This document shows, piece by piece, positions 9,212 through 19,435 of a stretch of 64,000 nucleotides of DNA. How positions within the stretch are numbered: position 1 is the first letter of the stretch; each line of letters opens with the position of its first letter. Position numbers and translations under genes: made by a program. The notes below the pieces were generated by a model. It was given only the letters and a program-made list of their open reading frames with translations. It was not told the DNA's origin and ran no database searches. Origin of the DNA: a candidate division WOR-3 bacterium (GTDB lineage Bacteria > Hydrothermota > Tepidihabitantia > Tepidihabitantales > DTDR01); contig JANXBG010000003.1 of NCBI GenBank assembly GCA_025060715.1, positions 412 to 64,411 of the forward strand, read 5' to 3'.

Positions 9212-11764
9212 TTAATAGTTAATTAATTTTTTAATAAAATCTTTAATTTCTGACAATTTTCTTATTTTACCGCCTCCTTCAGCCAAATCTTCTCTGCCAC
9301 CACCGCCACCTTCTAAAAATTCACCAAGTTTTTTTGCCAAGTCCTTTGCCTTAATTTTCTCTCTTAAATCTTTACTTACAAAAATAACAAATTCCCAATT
9401 CTCGTTCTCCCTTCTAAAAAGGATAGCAATCTTTTTCTCTTTATCTTTTAAATAATCACAAATCCTTCTTATTTCCTCTTTTTCTAAAAAAGAATAATCT
9501 TCAATAATTAATTCTATATCCTCTAATATCTTTTTGCCACTTAGATTATTAACAAGCATTGGTAAATATTTTTCAACAATTTTTTTTCTTTTTTTCTCTT
9601 CCTCTTTTAGATTTTCTACTATTTCTCTTATCTTTTTTAAAAGATTCTCTTCGGATACTTGCAATTCTTTTCTAAGCTCTTTTAATCTTTCATCTTTTAA
9701 AAGAAGGTATTCAAAAGCCTTTTTACCACAATAACCTTCTATCCTTCTTATACCCGCAGCGATACTTGTTTCATTAACTATTTTAAATAATCCAATTTCA
9801 CCAGTATAATCTAAATGGGTTCCCCCACAAACCTCTAAAGAAAAATCACCAATTTTAATCACATTCACATATTCACCATATTCTTCCAAAAATAAAGCAA
9901 TTGCTCCCATCTCTTTTGCTTTTGCTAAAGGTAAATTATAATATTTCTCTACCCGGATATTTTGTAGAATCTTTTGAAAAATTATTTTCTCAATTTCTAA
10001 TATCTCTTCTTCTTTTAAGGACCGATAAAAATTAAAGTCAAAATGTAATCTACCCACATCTACCAAACTCCCCTCCTGTCTTACTTCCTCTCCTAAAACT
10101 AATTTTAATGCCTTATGTAATAAATGGGTAGTAGTATGGGCGCGCATTATCTCATATCTCCTTTCCTTATCCACAACCGCCAAAACTTTTTTCCCTAATA
10201 AATCTATTTCTTTCTCCATCTTTATTTTATGAACCGGTACTTGATATTGATAATAACTGTCAATTACTGGTATTTCCAAATTTTCATAAATTATCTTTCC
10301 CGTGTCACCAATCTGACCGCCTTTCTCACTATAAAAAGGTGTAGGATTTAAAATAATTTCATATTCTAAAGGAGAAATCTTTTTCAAAGAAATAACCTCA
10401 CTCTCTACCTCTAATTTATCGTAACCACAAAATTCAACATTTTCTTTAGGAATCTCCCTTGAAACTGAGATCCTCTCTCTTTTTCTTTCTTCTATTTTCT
10501 TCTTAAATCCTTCAATATCTAATAATAGATTTTCACTCTTTGCCAGTTCTTCCATAATTTCAATATTTAGTCCAAAGGTATCATGAAGGAAAAACAGTTT
10601 TTCACCACTAATAACTTTTTCGCCTTTTCTCTTTATCTCCGAAATCACCTCTTCCCATTTGAAAATTGCCTTTTTTATTGTAAAAAGAAATCTCTCCTCT
10701 TCTTCTTTAATAATTAAAGGGACTTTATTTATACCTTCTTTAAGTTCGGGATAAAAATCACTATAATGATAAATTATTTCACTAGGTATTTGATATAGAA
10801 AAGGTCCTTGGGGAAATTCTTTTAAAAATTTATAATACAAAATTAATGTTCTCCTTAAAAGTAATCTCAAAACATATCCCCTTTCTTCATTGCTGGGTAA
10901 AACACCGTCACAGATAGCAAAAGTTAGTGCCCTTAAATGGTCACTTGTTACATAAAAGAATGGTTTATTTTCATCGCTTTTTTCTATGTTTAGTATCTTT
11001 TCCAATTTTTTAACAATAAAATCAAACAAATCAGTCTCAAAAATAGTTTTTTTATTTTGAATAACCATCGCTAATCTTTCTAAACCCATTCCTGTATCAA
11101 TCCCTCTATTTTTCAAAGGAAGTCTTTGACCATCTGGCTGTTGGTCATACATCGGAAAAACAATGTTATAAAGTTCCAAAAACCTATCACAAGAGCAACC
11201 AGGAGCACACTCTTCCTTACCACAACCAAATTCTTCTCCTAAATCGTAATATATTTCGGAAGAAGGTCCACAAGCACCCACACCACCTGCTGGTCCCCAA
11301 AAATTGTCTTCTTCGCCAAGTCGGTATATCCTATTTTCTTCTAAACCAATTATCTTATGCCAAATGTCATAAGCCTCATCATCTTCTTTAAAAACCGAAA
11401 CATACAGCCTCTTTTTATCTAACTTTAAAATTTCGGTTAAATATTCCCACGCCCAAATTAACGCTTCTTTTTTAAAATAATCACCAAAAGAAAAATTACC
11501 TAACATTTCAAAGAAAGTGCAATATTTAGGTGAAAAACCGACTTTTTCTAAATCGGTTAATCTTAAACATTTCTGGCAAGAAGTTGCCCTCTTATAAGGT
11601 AATGGTTTTATTCCTGCGTATAAAGGCTTAAACTGAACCATACCAGCGGTAGTAAAAAGTAAAGTGGGATCATCTCTTGGAACCAAAGAAGAAGAAGGCA
11701 CAACTGTGTGGTCCCGTTCTTTATAAAAATTTAAAAAGCTTATCCTTAAATCTTGTGCCTTCAT
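9212..11764 (-). CDS. alaS: alanine--tRNA ligase
   Basis: 850 aa. It has the class II AlaRS N-terminus (FTTAGMVQFKP, RLTDLEKVG, FFEMLGNFSFGDYFK), an editing-domain HTTTHLL motif and a C-terminal GGGG motif. Confidence 0.95.
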   Translation of the reverse strand: MKAQDLRISFLNFYKERDHTVVPSSSLVPRDDPTLLFTTAGMVQFKPLYAGIKPLPYKRATSCQKCLRLTDLEKVGFSPKYCTFFEMLGNFSFGDYFKKEALIWAWEYLTEILKLDKKRLYVSVFKEDDEAYDIWHKIIGLEENRIYRLGEEDNFWGPAGGVGACGPSSEIYYDLGEEFGCGKEECAPGCSCDRFLELYNIVFPMYDQQPDGQRLPLKNRGIDTGMGLERLAMVIQNKKTIFETDLFDFIVKKLEKILNIEKSDENKPFFYVTSDHLRALTFAICDGVLPSNEERGYVLRLLLRRTLILYYKFLKEFPQGPFLYQIPSEIIYHYSDFYPELKEGINKVPLIIKEEEERFLFTIKKAIFKWEEVISEIKRKGEKVISGEKLFFLHDTFGLNIEIMEELAKSENLLLDIEGFKKKIEERKRERISVSREIPKENVEFCGYDKLEVESEVISLKKISPLEYEIILNPTPFYSEKGGQIGDTGKIIYENLEIPVIDSYYQYQVPVHKIKMEKEIDLLGKKVLAVVDKERRYEIMRAHTTTHLLHKALKLVLGEEVRQEGSLVDVGRLHFDFNFYRSLKEEEILEIEKIIFQKILQNIRVEKYYNLPLAKAKEMGAIALFLEEYGEYVNVIKIGDFSLEVCGGTHLDYTGEIGLFKIVNETSIAAGIRRIEGYCGKKAFEYLLLKDERLKELRKELQVSEENLLKKIREIVENLKEEEKKRKKIVEKYLPMLVNNLSGKKILEDIELIIEDYSFLEKEEIRRICDYLKDKEKKIAILFRRENENWEFVIFVSKDLREKIKAKDLAKKLGEFLEGGGGGREDLAEGGGKIRKLSEIKDFIKKLINY

Positions 11765-11788
11765 TTAAAAATTTCTCAATTTTTTAAA

Positions 11789-12442
11789 TTATCCGCTAAC
11801 TTCTTCTAATACTTTTTCAATTGTCCGAATAGTAAAACCTCTTCTTAAAAGAAGTTCTTTTAATTTATTTTTTAGATAATTTTTGGGATTGCCACTTATC
11901 TTTTTTTCTAATTGCTTTTTAAACTTTGGTAAATATTTTTCTACCAATTCTCTTGCTGGCACTTCTTCGGAAATACCCGAAAGATAATCGTCAATCGCTT
12001 TTTCTTCAACCCCTTTTTTCAAAAGTTCTTGTTTAATTGCTATTTTCCCCCTTTTCCGAAAAGAAAGAGAATGAGCAACATAGTTTTTGATAAAATTTTT
12101 ATCGGAAAGATAATCCAACTCTTTAAGATTGTTTATCACCTGTTCTACTACATTTATTGAATAGCCTCTTTTTAAAAGCTTCTCTTTAAACTCTTGCTCT
12201 GAATAATCTCTCCGGGAAAGAAGCCTCAAAGAATAATCTTGCAGTCTTTTTACCTGATCTGTTTCTATCATCTTTGTCAACTCTTCTTCGGTTATGGTAT
12301 CTCCGACCTCTAAAGCAAATTTACGAATTGTAGATTTTAAAAAGGTGCCAACATTTTTTTTATCAAGAAAAAGAGTATAATAACGACCATTTTTTGACTC
12401 TTTTAGTTGAGTTACAGTATATTCAGTCTTCTCTTTTTTCAT
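11789..12442 (-). CDS. recX: RecX family regulator
   Basis: 217 aa, helical-repeat composition ([23 protein letters not shown]...). It sits immediately downstream of recA and overlaps it. Confidence 0.7.
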   Translation of the reverse strand: MKKEKTEYTVTQLKESKNGRYYTLFLDKKNVGTFLKSTIRKFALEVGDTITEEELTKMIETDQVKRLQDYSLRLLSRRDYSEQEFKEKLLKRGYSINVVEQVINNLKELDYLSDKNFIKNYVAHSLSFRKRGKIAIKQELLKKGVEEKAIDDYLSGISEEVPARELVEKYLPKFKKQLEKKISGNPKNYLKNKLKELLLRRGFTIRTIEKVLEEVSG

Positions 12443-13457
12443 TTTTATCCTCCCTTTTTAGAGAAATTTGATAAATCTTATTTTCTATCTCCTGACAAAT
12501 TTTTGGATTTTTTAAAAGAAATTCTATTGCCTGTTCTCTTCCTTGGCCAATTTTTGTATCACCGTAAGAAAACCAAGCGCCACTTTTTTGAATAATCCCC
12601 AAATTAACACCTAAATCAACTATTTCTCCTTCCCGCAAAATTCCCTTACCGTAAATAATATCAAATTCAGCTTCTTTAAAAGGTGGCGCCAATTTATTTT
12701 TTACTACCTTTACCTTTGTCCGATTACCGATCGTTTCTTCACCTTTTTTAATACTTCCAACCCTTCTTATCTCTAATCTTAAACTGGCATAAAATTTTAA
12801 AGCTAAACCGCCTGGGGTGGTTTCGGGATTAGTAAAAAGACCGCCTCCAATTTTATAACGAATCTGATTGGTAAAAATAGCACAGGTTTGAGATTTATGA
12901 ATAACACCTGCCAATTTTCTTAATGCTTGGGACATTAGTCTTGCCTGAAGACCGATTTGGGCATCTCCCATCTCACCTTCTACCTCTATTCTCGGCACTA
13001 AAGCAGCAACCGAATCAATCACAAAGACATCTAAGGCACCACTTCTTGTTAAAATCTCAGCAATCTCTAATGCCTGCTCACCTGTATCGGGTTGAGAAAT
13101 ATACAAATTTTCTAATTCTACTCCCAAGTCTTGGGCATAAGAAGGATCAAAAGCATGTTCAGTATCAATGAAAGCACAAAGACCTTCTCTTTTTTGTGCT
13201 TGGGCAATAATAGAAAGAGCCAAAGTTGTCTTACCACTGCCTTCAGGTCCAAAAATCTCAATTACTCTACCCCGGGGCACACCACCAATTCCGGTAGCAA
13301 TATCTAAAGAAAGAGAACCTGTTGGAATAATATCTACCTCTACTTTAACTCCCTTTTCTCCCAATCTCATTACCGCCCCTTTGCCATAAGCCTTTTCAAT
13401 TTGGGAAAGAGCCACCTGCAAAGCTTTTAACTTTTCTTTTAAATTATCTTTCTTCAT
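12423..13457 (-). CDS. recA: recombinase RecA
   Basis: It has Walker A ([12 protein letters not shown]), Walker B ([12 protein letters not shown]) and the [14 protein letters not shown] motif. Confidence 0.97.
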   Translation of the reverse strand: MKKDNLKEKLKALQVALSQIEKAYGKGAVMRLGEKGVKVEVDIIPTGSLSLDIATGIGGVPRGRVIEIFGPEGSGKTTLALSIIAQAQKREGLCAFIDTEHAFDPSYAQDLGVELENLYISQPDTGEQALEIAEILTRSGALDVFVIDSVAALVPRIEVEGEMGDAQIGLQARLMSQALRKLAGVIHKSQTCAIFTNQIRYKIGGGLFTNPETTPGGLALKFYASLRLEIRRVGSIKKGEETIGNRTKVKVVKNKLAPPFKEAEFDIIYGKGILREGEIVDLGVNLGIIQKSGAWFSYGDTKIGQGREQAIEFLLKNPKICQEIENKIYQISLKREDKNEKRED

Positions 13458-13487
13458 TATATTTCCTCCATCAATTTTTCACCTTAA

Positions 13488-13515
13488 ATTTTAACAAATT
13501 TTTTAAAAATGTCAA
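13488..13515 (-). promoter_or_regulatory. sigma70-type promoter of recA (leadered, with SD)
   Basis: On the minus strand: TTGACA (13515-13510), 16 nt, TAAAAT (13493-13488). A ~30-nt leader carries GGAGG before the ATG at 13457. Confidence 0.45.
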
Positions 13516-13620
13516 TATTTATAAAAATTTTTATTGATATATCTATTTGTTAAAAAAGAAACAATGATATCTATATTTTTTGTCAATTTCATTAGAGATA
13601 TAATCAATTAATTTTTTCCC

Positions 13621-14002
13621 ATTCTTCAATCATTTTCTTAGCTATTAAAGGATAGCCCCTCATTGGACAGGACTTCAATTAATTTCCGCCTTGAGTATAT
13701 AAATACCAATTATATTACTCACCGCATAAAGGAAGAATACACAAGGAGCACAATCACCATACCAATTAATGTGAAAATAACCACTTTCTCTACCACCAGT
13801 AATACAACCATGGGAAGTTATTCCGTGGTTCCAAAAATTAGCAATCATTATCTTTTTCTTCCTCACTATTTTCCAACTCCTTTACCAAATCCATATTCGT
13901 TGCTTCGGGTCGGATTAAACTCAAATCAGTATCTCGGCCTATCAGTATATAATGAAAATAACCAACCATACGCCGTTTTTATCCTAAAAAGTCAATAAAT
14001 TC
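13621..14002 (-). pseudogene. decayed 3'-half copy of the radical SAM gene at 41125-42561
   Basis: The minus strand aligns at nucleotide level to 41932-42412. For example, KKIMIANFWNHGITSHGCITGGRESGYFHINWYGDCAPCVFFLYAVSNII matches KKIMIADFWNHGTTSHGCIAGGREGGYFHINWHGDCAPCVFFPYAVSNII. The copy has an early stop (GAC TTT TTA GGA TAA), frameshifting indels, and a ~95-nt internal deletion relative to about 42270-42360. The N-terminal CX3CX2C half is absent. Confidence 0.75.
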
Positions 14003-14094
14003 AAAAGTTATTAAAAACTTTGTCAAATAAAATAGATATGTTAAAGAATGGTTACTAAATTTAATAAACTTCTTAAAATAATAAAAAATCCGTA

Positions 14095-14225
14095 ACTGAT
14101 ATGCCATATAGCCATAGGAATAATACTTATCTTTATATACCTTTCCCCTATCAAATAAATATTATAATTTTTCTTGTATTTTGAGTTGCTTCTCTTTGAG
14201 GCCTTTTAAGAAAACTAATATTCTA
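14095..14225 (-). repeat. possible degenerate copy (E) of the intergenic repeat family
   Basis: The reverse complement reads ...TTTTCTTAAAAGGCC...TTGATAGGGGAAAGGTATATAAAGATAAGTATTATTCCTATGGCTATATGGCATATC. This loosely parallels TTTTCTTAATGC...AAGGGGG...CTATAAAGAAGGGGGCAGTATAGTATATGGTATAGG of copy A. The match is weak. Confidence 0.25.
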
Positions 14226-14362
14226 TCTTATAATATCTATGGAAAATTTTGTTAATTTTCTGAGATTATCACTACTCTGTATCTAGTAAACATATCTTAT
14301 CCAAGTATATGCCAAGGCAAGCGATATAGAATACTTTGTCTTTTTAAATATTTTAATAGTAG

Positions 14363-15883
14363 TTAAAAAATTTGCATCTTTTTTAAAAAAGATAAAAAAA
14401 TAAAACCACTAATAAGTAAAGTTAAAAAAAATGATAAAATATAGGAAATTTTAAGAAAGTTAAAAAAATGGTAAAAAAAATAAAGGGATAGGGAAAAAAG
14501 AATTAAAAAGTATGAAGTTTTTAAAAAGAATCCTTTTGTCTCCTTATTGATAATTTTTATTCCCACCTTCTTTTTAAGTAAAAAGTATAATATAATTGCT
14601 TGAAAAAAAGTAGCCAGAGAGGCACTTATTGGAAAGGCTTTGAAACCAATTTTTCTCATTAATAAAAGATTTAAAGAAATATTTAAAAAAACCGAAAGAA
14701 AGCCAATCAAGGCTGGTGTTTTTGTATTTTTTAAAGAATAAAATAGACTGGCAAAAACTCTTACCAAACTTGATGGAAAAATTAAAAGGCTATATAAGGA
14801 AAGGGCAATAGCAGTATAATAGGAATCAGCAAAAGAAAACCTTCCTCGCTCATATAAAATGCGGGTAATAGGTAATGATAAAATAATGAAGATAAGAGAG
14901 GCAGGAATAAGTAATAAAGTATTTATTTTTATCGGCACAAAAATATTATCCTTTATCTCTTCTTTTTCGGAAAAAGAAAATTCTTGTAAAGCAACACTTC
15001 CCACCGCCACACCAAAAAGACCTGCTGGTAAATGCATTACCCGATAAGCATAATTTAAATAGGTAATACTTTTCTCTTCTAAGAAGGTTATCAAAATAGT
15101 ATTAACAAAAAAGTTTATTTGATAAGCAGCTAAACCAAAGATTACTGGTAAATATAATTTGAAAACTTTTCTTAATGCCTCATCTTTTAAAGATAAATAA
15201 AAGTAGTATCTATAACCTAATCTTTTGAGAAAGATTATTAAGAAAAGAAATTGAAAAAGAGAACCAAAAAGAACACCGTAAGCCATTGACAAGATTGGTT
15301 CGTAATTTAGTTTCAAAAATAGCGTATAAGTAAAAAGGGGGATTAAAATAGAAAGGATATTAAAGATTGCGCTACTAACAGCCGAAACAAAAAAATAACC
15401 ATAGGCGATCAATATGCCCATTGCCCAACTTGCCAAGGAGATAAAAAATAAAAAAGGAAGCATTATCCTTGTTAAATTTAAAGTTAGATTAAATTTTATT
15501 AAATCTTGTGCAAAGCCAAAAGAAATAATTTTTACAACATAAAAAGAGAAAAGGATTAATAATAAAGTGATTATTCCAACAATCAATATAAGAAAGTTTA
15601 AAACATTAGAGGCAAAGAGAGAAAGGGAATAGTCCATATTTCTCTTTTCTTTTCCTTTCATTTTTTCGCAAAAAGTAGGAACAAAAGCAGCGGAAAGGGC
15701 ACTTTCGGAAAACATATCCCTTAATAAGTTAGGAATCCGGAAGGCAATATTAAAACAATCAGTAGCATAAGAAGCACCAAAAAGATAGGCAAAAACCATT
15801 TCTCTAAAAAGACCGGTAATTCGGGAGATTAAGGTGCCGAGAGTAAAAGAAGAAACTTTTAAGAAGAACTTTTTAAATTCCAT
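14363..15883 (-). CDS. murJ: lipid II flippase MurJ/MviN
   Basis: 506 aa, polytopic. The N-terminus is MurJ-like: SRITGLFREMVFAYLFGASYATDCFNIAFRIPNLLRDMFSESALSAAFVPTF. Confidence 0.85.
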   Translation of the reverse strand: MEFKKFFLKVSSFTLGTLISRITGLFREMVFAYLFGASYATDCFNIAFRIPNLLRDMFSESALSAAFVPTFCEKMKGKEKRNMDYSLSLFASNVLNFLILIVGIITLLLILFSFYVVKIISFGFAQDLIKFNLTLNLTRIMLPFLFFISLASWAMGILIAYGYFFVSAVSSAIFNILSILIPLFTYTLFLKLNYEPILSMAYGVLFGSLFQFLFLIIFLKRLGYRYYFYLSLKDEALRKVFKLYLPVIFGLAAYQINFFVNTILITFLEEKSITYLNYAYRVMHLPAGLFGVAVGSVALQEFSFSEKEEIKDNIFVPIKINTLLLIPASLIFIILSLPITRILYERGRFSFADSYYTAIALSLYSLLIFPSSLVRVFASLFYSLKNTKTPALIGFLSVFLNISLNLLLMRKIGFKAFPISASLATFFQAIILYFLLKKKVGIKIINKETKGFFLKTSYFLILFSLSLYFFYHFFNFLKISYILSFFLTLLISGFIFLSFLKKMQIF

Positions 15884-16953
15884 TTAATTATTTTAGCAAT
15901 TTTTTCAATATCCTTTATCGCGGAAATAAAACTTATACCAGCAATTTTTAACTTTATTAATTCTCCTATATTATTCAAATCAATTCCGCCAATCGCACAA
16001 ATTGGCACTTGGCTTTTTTTTAAAATCTCTTTTAAAGTCTTTATACCAACAACTTTCACATCTTCTTTTGTCTTTGATTTAAATATGGACCCCACAGAGC
16101 AGTAATCCACCCCTTCTTTTTCTGCTTTTTTCAAATCTTTAACGCTTCTTATCGTCTTACCGATAATCTTTTCTTCACCCAATATTTCTCTCGCCAATTT
16201 TACAGGCATATCCTCCTTTCCTAAATGAACCCCATCTCCATTAATTGCCAAACAGACATCCACCCGGTCATTAATAATCAGTTTAATATTTTTCTTTTTA
16301 ATTCTTTTTAAAATTTCTTTTCCAATCAAAATAAAATTTCTGGTTGGAAAATTTTTTGGTGCTCTTAACTGTAAAATTGTGGCTCCCTTTTTAATAAGTT
16401 TCAAGGCAAAATTACCATAATCTTTTATTTTTTTAAAATTAAAAGTGGCAATATCGATAATTGGATAAACCCTTAAATCCAATTTCTTTTTAAACTTCAA
16501 AAATATTTTCTTTTCAAAATCGTAAAGAAAAAATCTCTCCTTTTTAAAAAAAGAAGATATTTTTTCATTTTCTATCTTATAAAATTCTTCTAATATTCGA
16601 CAACTTTCTTGACACCTTTTTAAATTTCTTAAAAGAAGTTCTTTCTCATCTTTTATCTTTAAAGAGCTTTTATCATATTCATATTTCCTTCCCAAATCTG
16701 TCTTAACATTACGAAAAGGCAAATATTTTTCTTCTTCTTTTAAAATTATTTTTCTTATTTTTTTTACTTCTTTCCGAAAAGTAAAAAGTAGTTCTTTATC
16801 TTTTAAAGAAAATCTTAAAATATCTTCACAAATTTTTAGTGCCTCTCTTAAACGATTAAAATTGACATCAATAATCCTATTTTTTGGAAACAACAACTTT
16901 ACCATTTCTAATCCGATAATAATAACCAAAAGGCTCTTTTGGAATTGAATCAA
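15859..16953 (-). CDS. thiE: thiamine-phosphate synthase with a ~150-aa N-terminal extension
   Basis: The C-terminal ~210 aa is ThiE-like (LRVYPIID, ILQLRAPK, LIINDRVDVCLAINGDGVHLGKEDMP, GKTIRS, DYCSVGSIFKSKTK, PICAIGGI). The N-terminal helical region (NFNRLREALKICEDILRFS...) has no assignment. The start may be M16 (16908). Confidence 0.8.
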   Translation of the reverse strand: MIQFQKSLLVIIIGLEMVKLLFPKNRIIDVNFNRLREALKICEDILRFSLKDKELLFTFRKEVKKIRKIILKEEEKYLPFRNVKTDLGRKYEYDKSSLKIKDEKELLLRNLKRCQESCRILEEFYKIENEKISSFFKKERFFLYDFEKKIFLKFKKKLDLRVYPIIDIATFNFKKIKDYGNFALKLIKKGATILQLRAPKNFPTRNFILIGKEILKRIKKKNIKLIINDRVDVCLAINGDGVHLGKEDMPVKLAREILGEEKIIGKTIRSVKDLKKAEKEGVDYCSVGSIFKSKTKEDVKVVGIKTLKEILKKSQVPICAIGGIDLNNIGELIKLKIAGISFISAIKDIEKIAKIIKWNLKSSS

Positions 16954-17725
16954 TATATCCTTCCTTATAAAGTTCCAAAAGGGTATTAGGAAATCTTTTT
17001 TTATCTTCTTTAAATCTATCTAATGCCTTTTGTAAATATTCCAAATCCCTTTCCCTTTTTAACACCTTTAAACCCCTTTTGGCAATTTTCTTAAGTTGTT
17101 CGTTATCCGTAGAATTATAAATATCTTGCCAAAGAATTTCGGCAAACTCCTTTTTTGGTGATTTGCCGTAAGAAAAGGCAGCCCACCTTTCACTAATTTT
17201 CCAAGTTCCTGGTAATTGGGCAGCTAAATAAAAATAATAACCAGCCTCTTCATAATTTTTAGTTGTCATATAATTAATAAAACCTATATCAAAATAATGC
17301 TGCCAATTAAACGGGTCATAAGTTAATGCCCTTTTTAGAAGATATATAGCGCTATCAGGCTTTTTCGCATCCCAAGATAAACAAAAACTGCTAAAATGAT
17401 AGGCTCCACTGAAACGGGGGTCTAAAATGGTAATAATATCAAAGATATGAAAAAGATAGTCAAATTTTCTATCAGTGACCATATGAAAACCATAATATTG
17501 AATTGCCCTTAACCAAACAAAATCACTTAAGAGATTGTCATATTCAATTGCCATCTCTTTTAAAAATCTTCCGCTGGGAAAATACATAAGCTCTTGCAAT
17601 AAAATTTCCCGTAAACTTACCTTTTTTGTCTTATCAATAATAATTTGTAAAAAGGAAAAGAGAGTGAAGAAAAGAAAAATAAGGATTATCCTAAAAACTT
17701 TCATTTTAAAAATCTTTTCTTTCAA
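16877..17725 (-). CDS. membrane-anchored TPR-like protein, function unknown
   Basis: It has an N-terminal TM helix (VFRIILIFLFFTLFSFLQIII). TPR-like helical repeats follow (AIYLLKRALTYDPFNWQHYFDIGFINYMTTKNYEEAGYYFYLAAQL). It overlaps the ABC permease gene. Confidence 0.4.
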   Translation of the reverse strand: MKEKIFKMKVFRIILIFLFFTLFSFLQIIIDKTKKVSLREILLQELMYFPSGRFLKEMAIEYDNLLSDFVWLRAIQYYGFHMVTDRKFDYLFHIFDIITILDPRFSGAYHFSSFCLSWDAKKPDSAIYLLKRALTYDPFNWQHYFDIGFINYMTTKNYEEAGYYFYLAAQLPGTWKISERWAAFSYGKSPKKEFAEILWQDIYNSTDNEQLKKIAKRGLKVLKRERDLEYLQKALDRFKEDKKRFPNTLLELYKEGYIDSIPKEPFGYYYRIRNGKVVVSKK

Positions 17726-18467
17726 AGATTAAAAAAGAAAAATATAAGAGGCCAAGGGTCCAAAGAACTCCGTAAATTATTGGTAGATAAATATGGGCTG
17801 GAAAAAGAGGAATTTCGTGGACCACTTTTCCTTTAATATCAAAATTACTAAGATTGGGCAAAGTATAATATAAAAAATTAGCAAGAGCTTTTACTATCAC
17901 TGATTTGGAAATTTGGGCTAAGGCTTTTAAATCCCTTGTTAAATGACCAATAAAATAAAGTAGAAAAGTAAAAACCGAAGCAGTTAAAGGGGTAGTAAAG
18001 GTTGAAAAAAATATTGCCAAGGAAGTAATTATTGATAATTGAAAAAGAAGCAATAAATTAGGAAGGAGAATAAGATAATTAGCCTTTATATTAGCTAAAA
18101 GTAAAACGATACCAAAGGCAATTGTTAAAATCCCAATAACAATAAAAAGCAAAAGCATCTGTCCAAAATATTTTCCTAAAATAAACTCTCCTCTCTTTAT
18201 CGGTTTAGATAATACTAAATAAATTGTTCTTTTTTCAATCTCTTTATAAATTAATCGGCCACCAATAAGAATAGCAATTAAAACGGAAATAAAATTGGTT
18301 GTAGAGAGAGATAAATCTTTAATAATTTTTGCCTCTTCTCCTAAAGCTAAAGGTTTAATAAATCTACTACTAGCCATCAAAATAAAACCAACGATTAAAA
18401 GGACTAATAATATCTTATCCCTTAAACTTTCAATAAAGGTATTTAAAATAATTGCTTTAAGGCGCAT
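17706..18467 (-). CDS. ABC-2 type transporter permease
   Basis: 253 aa with six predicted TM segments. It carries the EIEKRTIYLVLSKPIKRGEFILGKY motif typical of NosY/ABC-2 permeases and overlaps the ATPase gene. Confidence 0.7.
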   Translation of the reverse strand: MRLKAIILNTFIESLRDKILLVLLIVGFILMASSRFIKPLALGEEAKIIKDLSLSTTNFISVLIAILIGGRLIYKEIEKRTIYLVLSKPIKRGEFILGKYFGQMLLLFIVIGILTIAFGIVLLLANIKANYLILLPNLLLLFQLSIITSLAIFFSTFTTPLTASVFTFLLYFIGHLTRDLKALAQISKSVIVKALANFLYYTLPNLSNFDIKGKVVHEIPLFPAHIYLPIIYGVLWTLGLLYFSFLIFERKDF

Positions 18468-19389
18468 ATCTTTTTTCCTTCATAAAAGTAAAAAAATATT
18501 CTTCCAAACTTTTTCTTCTGGGAATTAGACTATGAATTTTTCCACCAAAATTTTGAATTAAGGAAAGAATTTCTTCCTTTTTTCTCTCATCTTCACAAAT
18601 TACCATTAACTTGTCGCCACTTTTTATTAAATCTTTTGCTAACCTTTTTATTTCTGTTAAATAAACCTCTGGAACCTGCGAAAAGATTATTTCATGTTCA
18701 TAAACCTCTTCGCCTACAATTTCAGAAATTGTTCCTTCTTTTACTTTTTCTCCTTTTATTAAAATGCCAATCCGGTCACAAAGCATTTCAGCATCTGATA
18801 AAATATGGGAAGAGAAAATTATTGTCTTACCAGCCTTTTTTAATTGAATTATTAAATCTCTTATTTCCTTTCTACCTATTGGATCAAGACCTCCCATTGG
18901 TTCATCTAAGATTAAAATCTTTGGATCTGTAACAAGACAACAAGCAAGTCCAATTCTTTGCAACATTCCTCGGGAATAATTTTTTAGATACATATCCTTT
19001 GCCTCAATCATTCCAACAAGTTCTAAAATTTCATAAATCCTCTTTTTAGAAACCTCCTTCCCATACATTTGACTAGTTAAATAAACCAGCTCATAACCAT
19101 TAAGATATTCATAAAAATAAGGTTGCTCGGGCAAAAAACCAATTTCTTTCCTTACCTCACTGTCCTTTGGTTCTTTCTTCATTATCCAAACCTTTCCAGA
19201 AGTAGGCCTTGCCAAACCCACAAGCATTTTTAAAGTAGTTGTCTTACCTGCTCCATTAGGGCCTAAAAGTCCGTAAATTTCACCTTCATTAATCATTAAA
19301 GAGAGATTATTTACCGCAACTACCTTCTTTAATTTCCAAAAGCCACTACGATAGATTTTAGTTAGATTCTCACAATGAATAATTGCCAC
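18457..19389 (-). CDS. ABC transporter ATP-binding protein (GTG start)
   Basis: It has Walker A (GPNGAGKTTT), an ABC signature (YSRGMLQRIGLA), Walker B (ILILDEP) and an H-loop (SSHIL). Confidence 0.9.
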   Translation of the reverse strand: MAIIHCENLTKIYRSGFWKLKKVVAVNNLSLMINEGEIYGLLGPNGAGKTTTLKMLVGLARPTSGKVWIMKKEPKDSEVRKEIGFLPEQPYFYEYLNGYELVYLTSQMYGKEVSKKRIYEILELVGMIEAKDMYLKNYSRGMLQRIGLACCLVTDPKILILDEPMGGLDPIGRKEIRDLIIQLKKAGKTIIFSSHILSDAEMLCDRIGILIKGEKVKEGTISEIVGEEVYEHEIIFSQVPEVYLTEIKRLAKDLIKSGDKLMVICEDERKKEEILSLIQNFGGKIHSLIPRRKSLEEYFFTFMKEKRYAP

Positions 19390-19394
19390 TCTTT

Positions 19395-19422
19395 ATTATA
19401 CAAAAAGAGTAAATAAAGTCAA
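19395..19422 (-). promoter_or_regulatory. sigma70-type promoter 5 nt upstream of the ABC ATPase GTG (leaderless type)
   Basis: On the minus strand: TTGACT (19422-19417), 16 nt, TATAAT (19400-19395), AAAGA, then GTG at 19389. Confidence 0.4.
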
Positions 19423-19435
19423 AATTTATAAAATC

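Noticed and set aside
13663-13998. 111-aa plus-strand ORF and 63-aa minus-strand ORF (13675-13866) in the recA-murJ spacer
   Set aside because: The minus ORF is only the longest intact piece of the decayed radical SAM fragment. The plus ORF is its antisense shadow. Neither is an independent gene.
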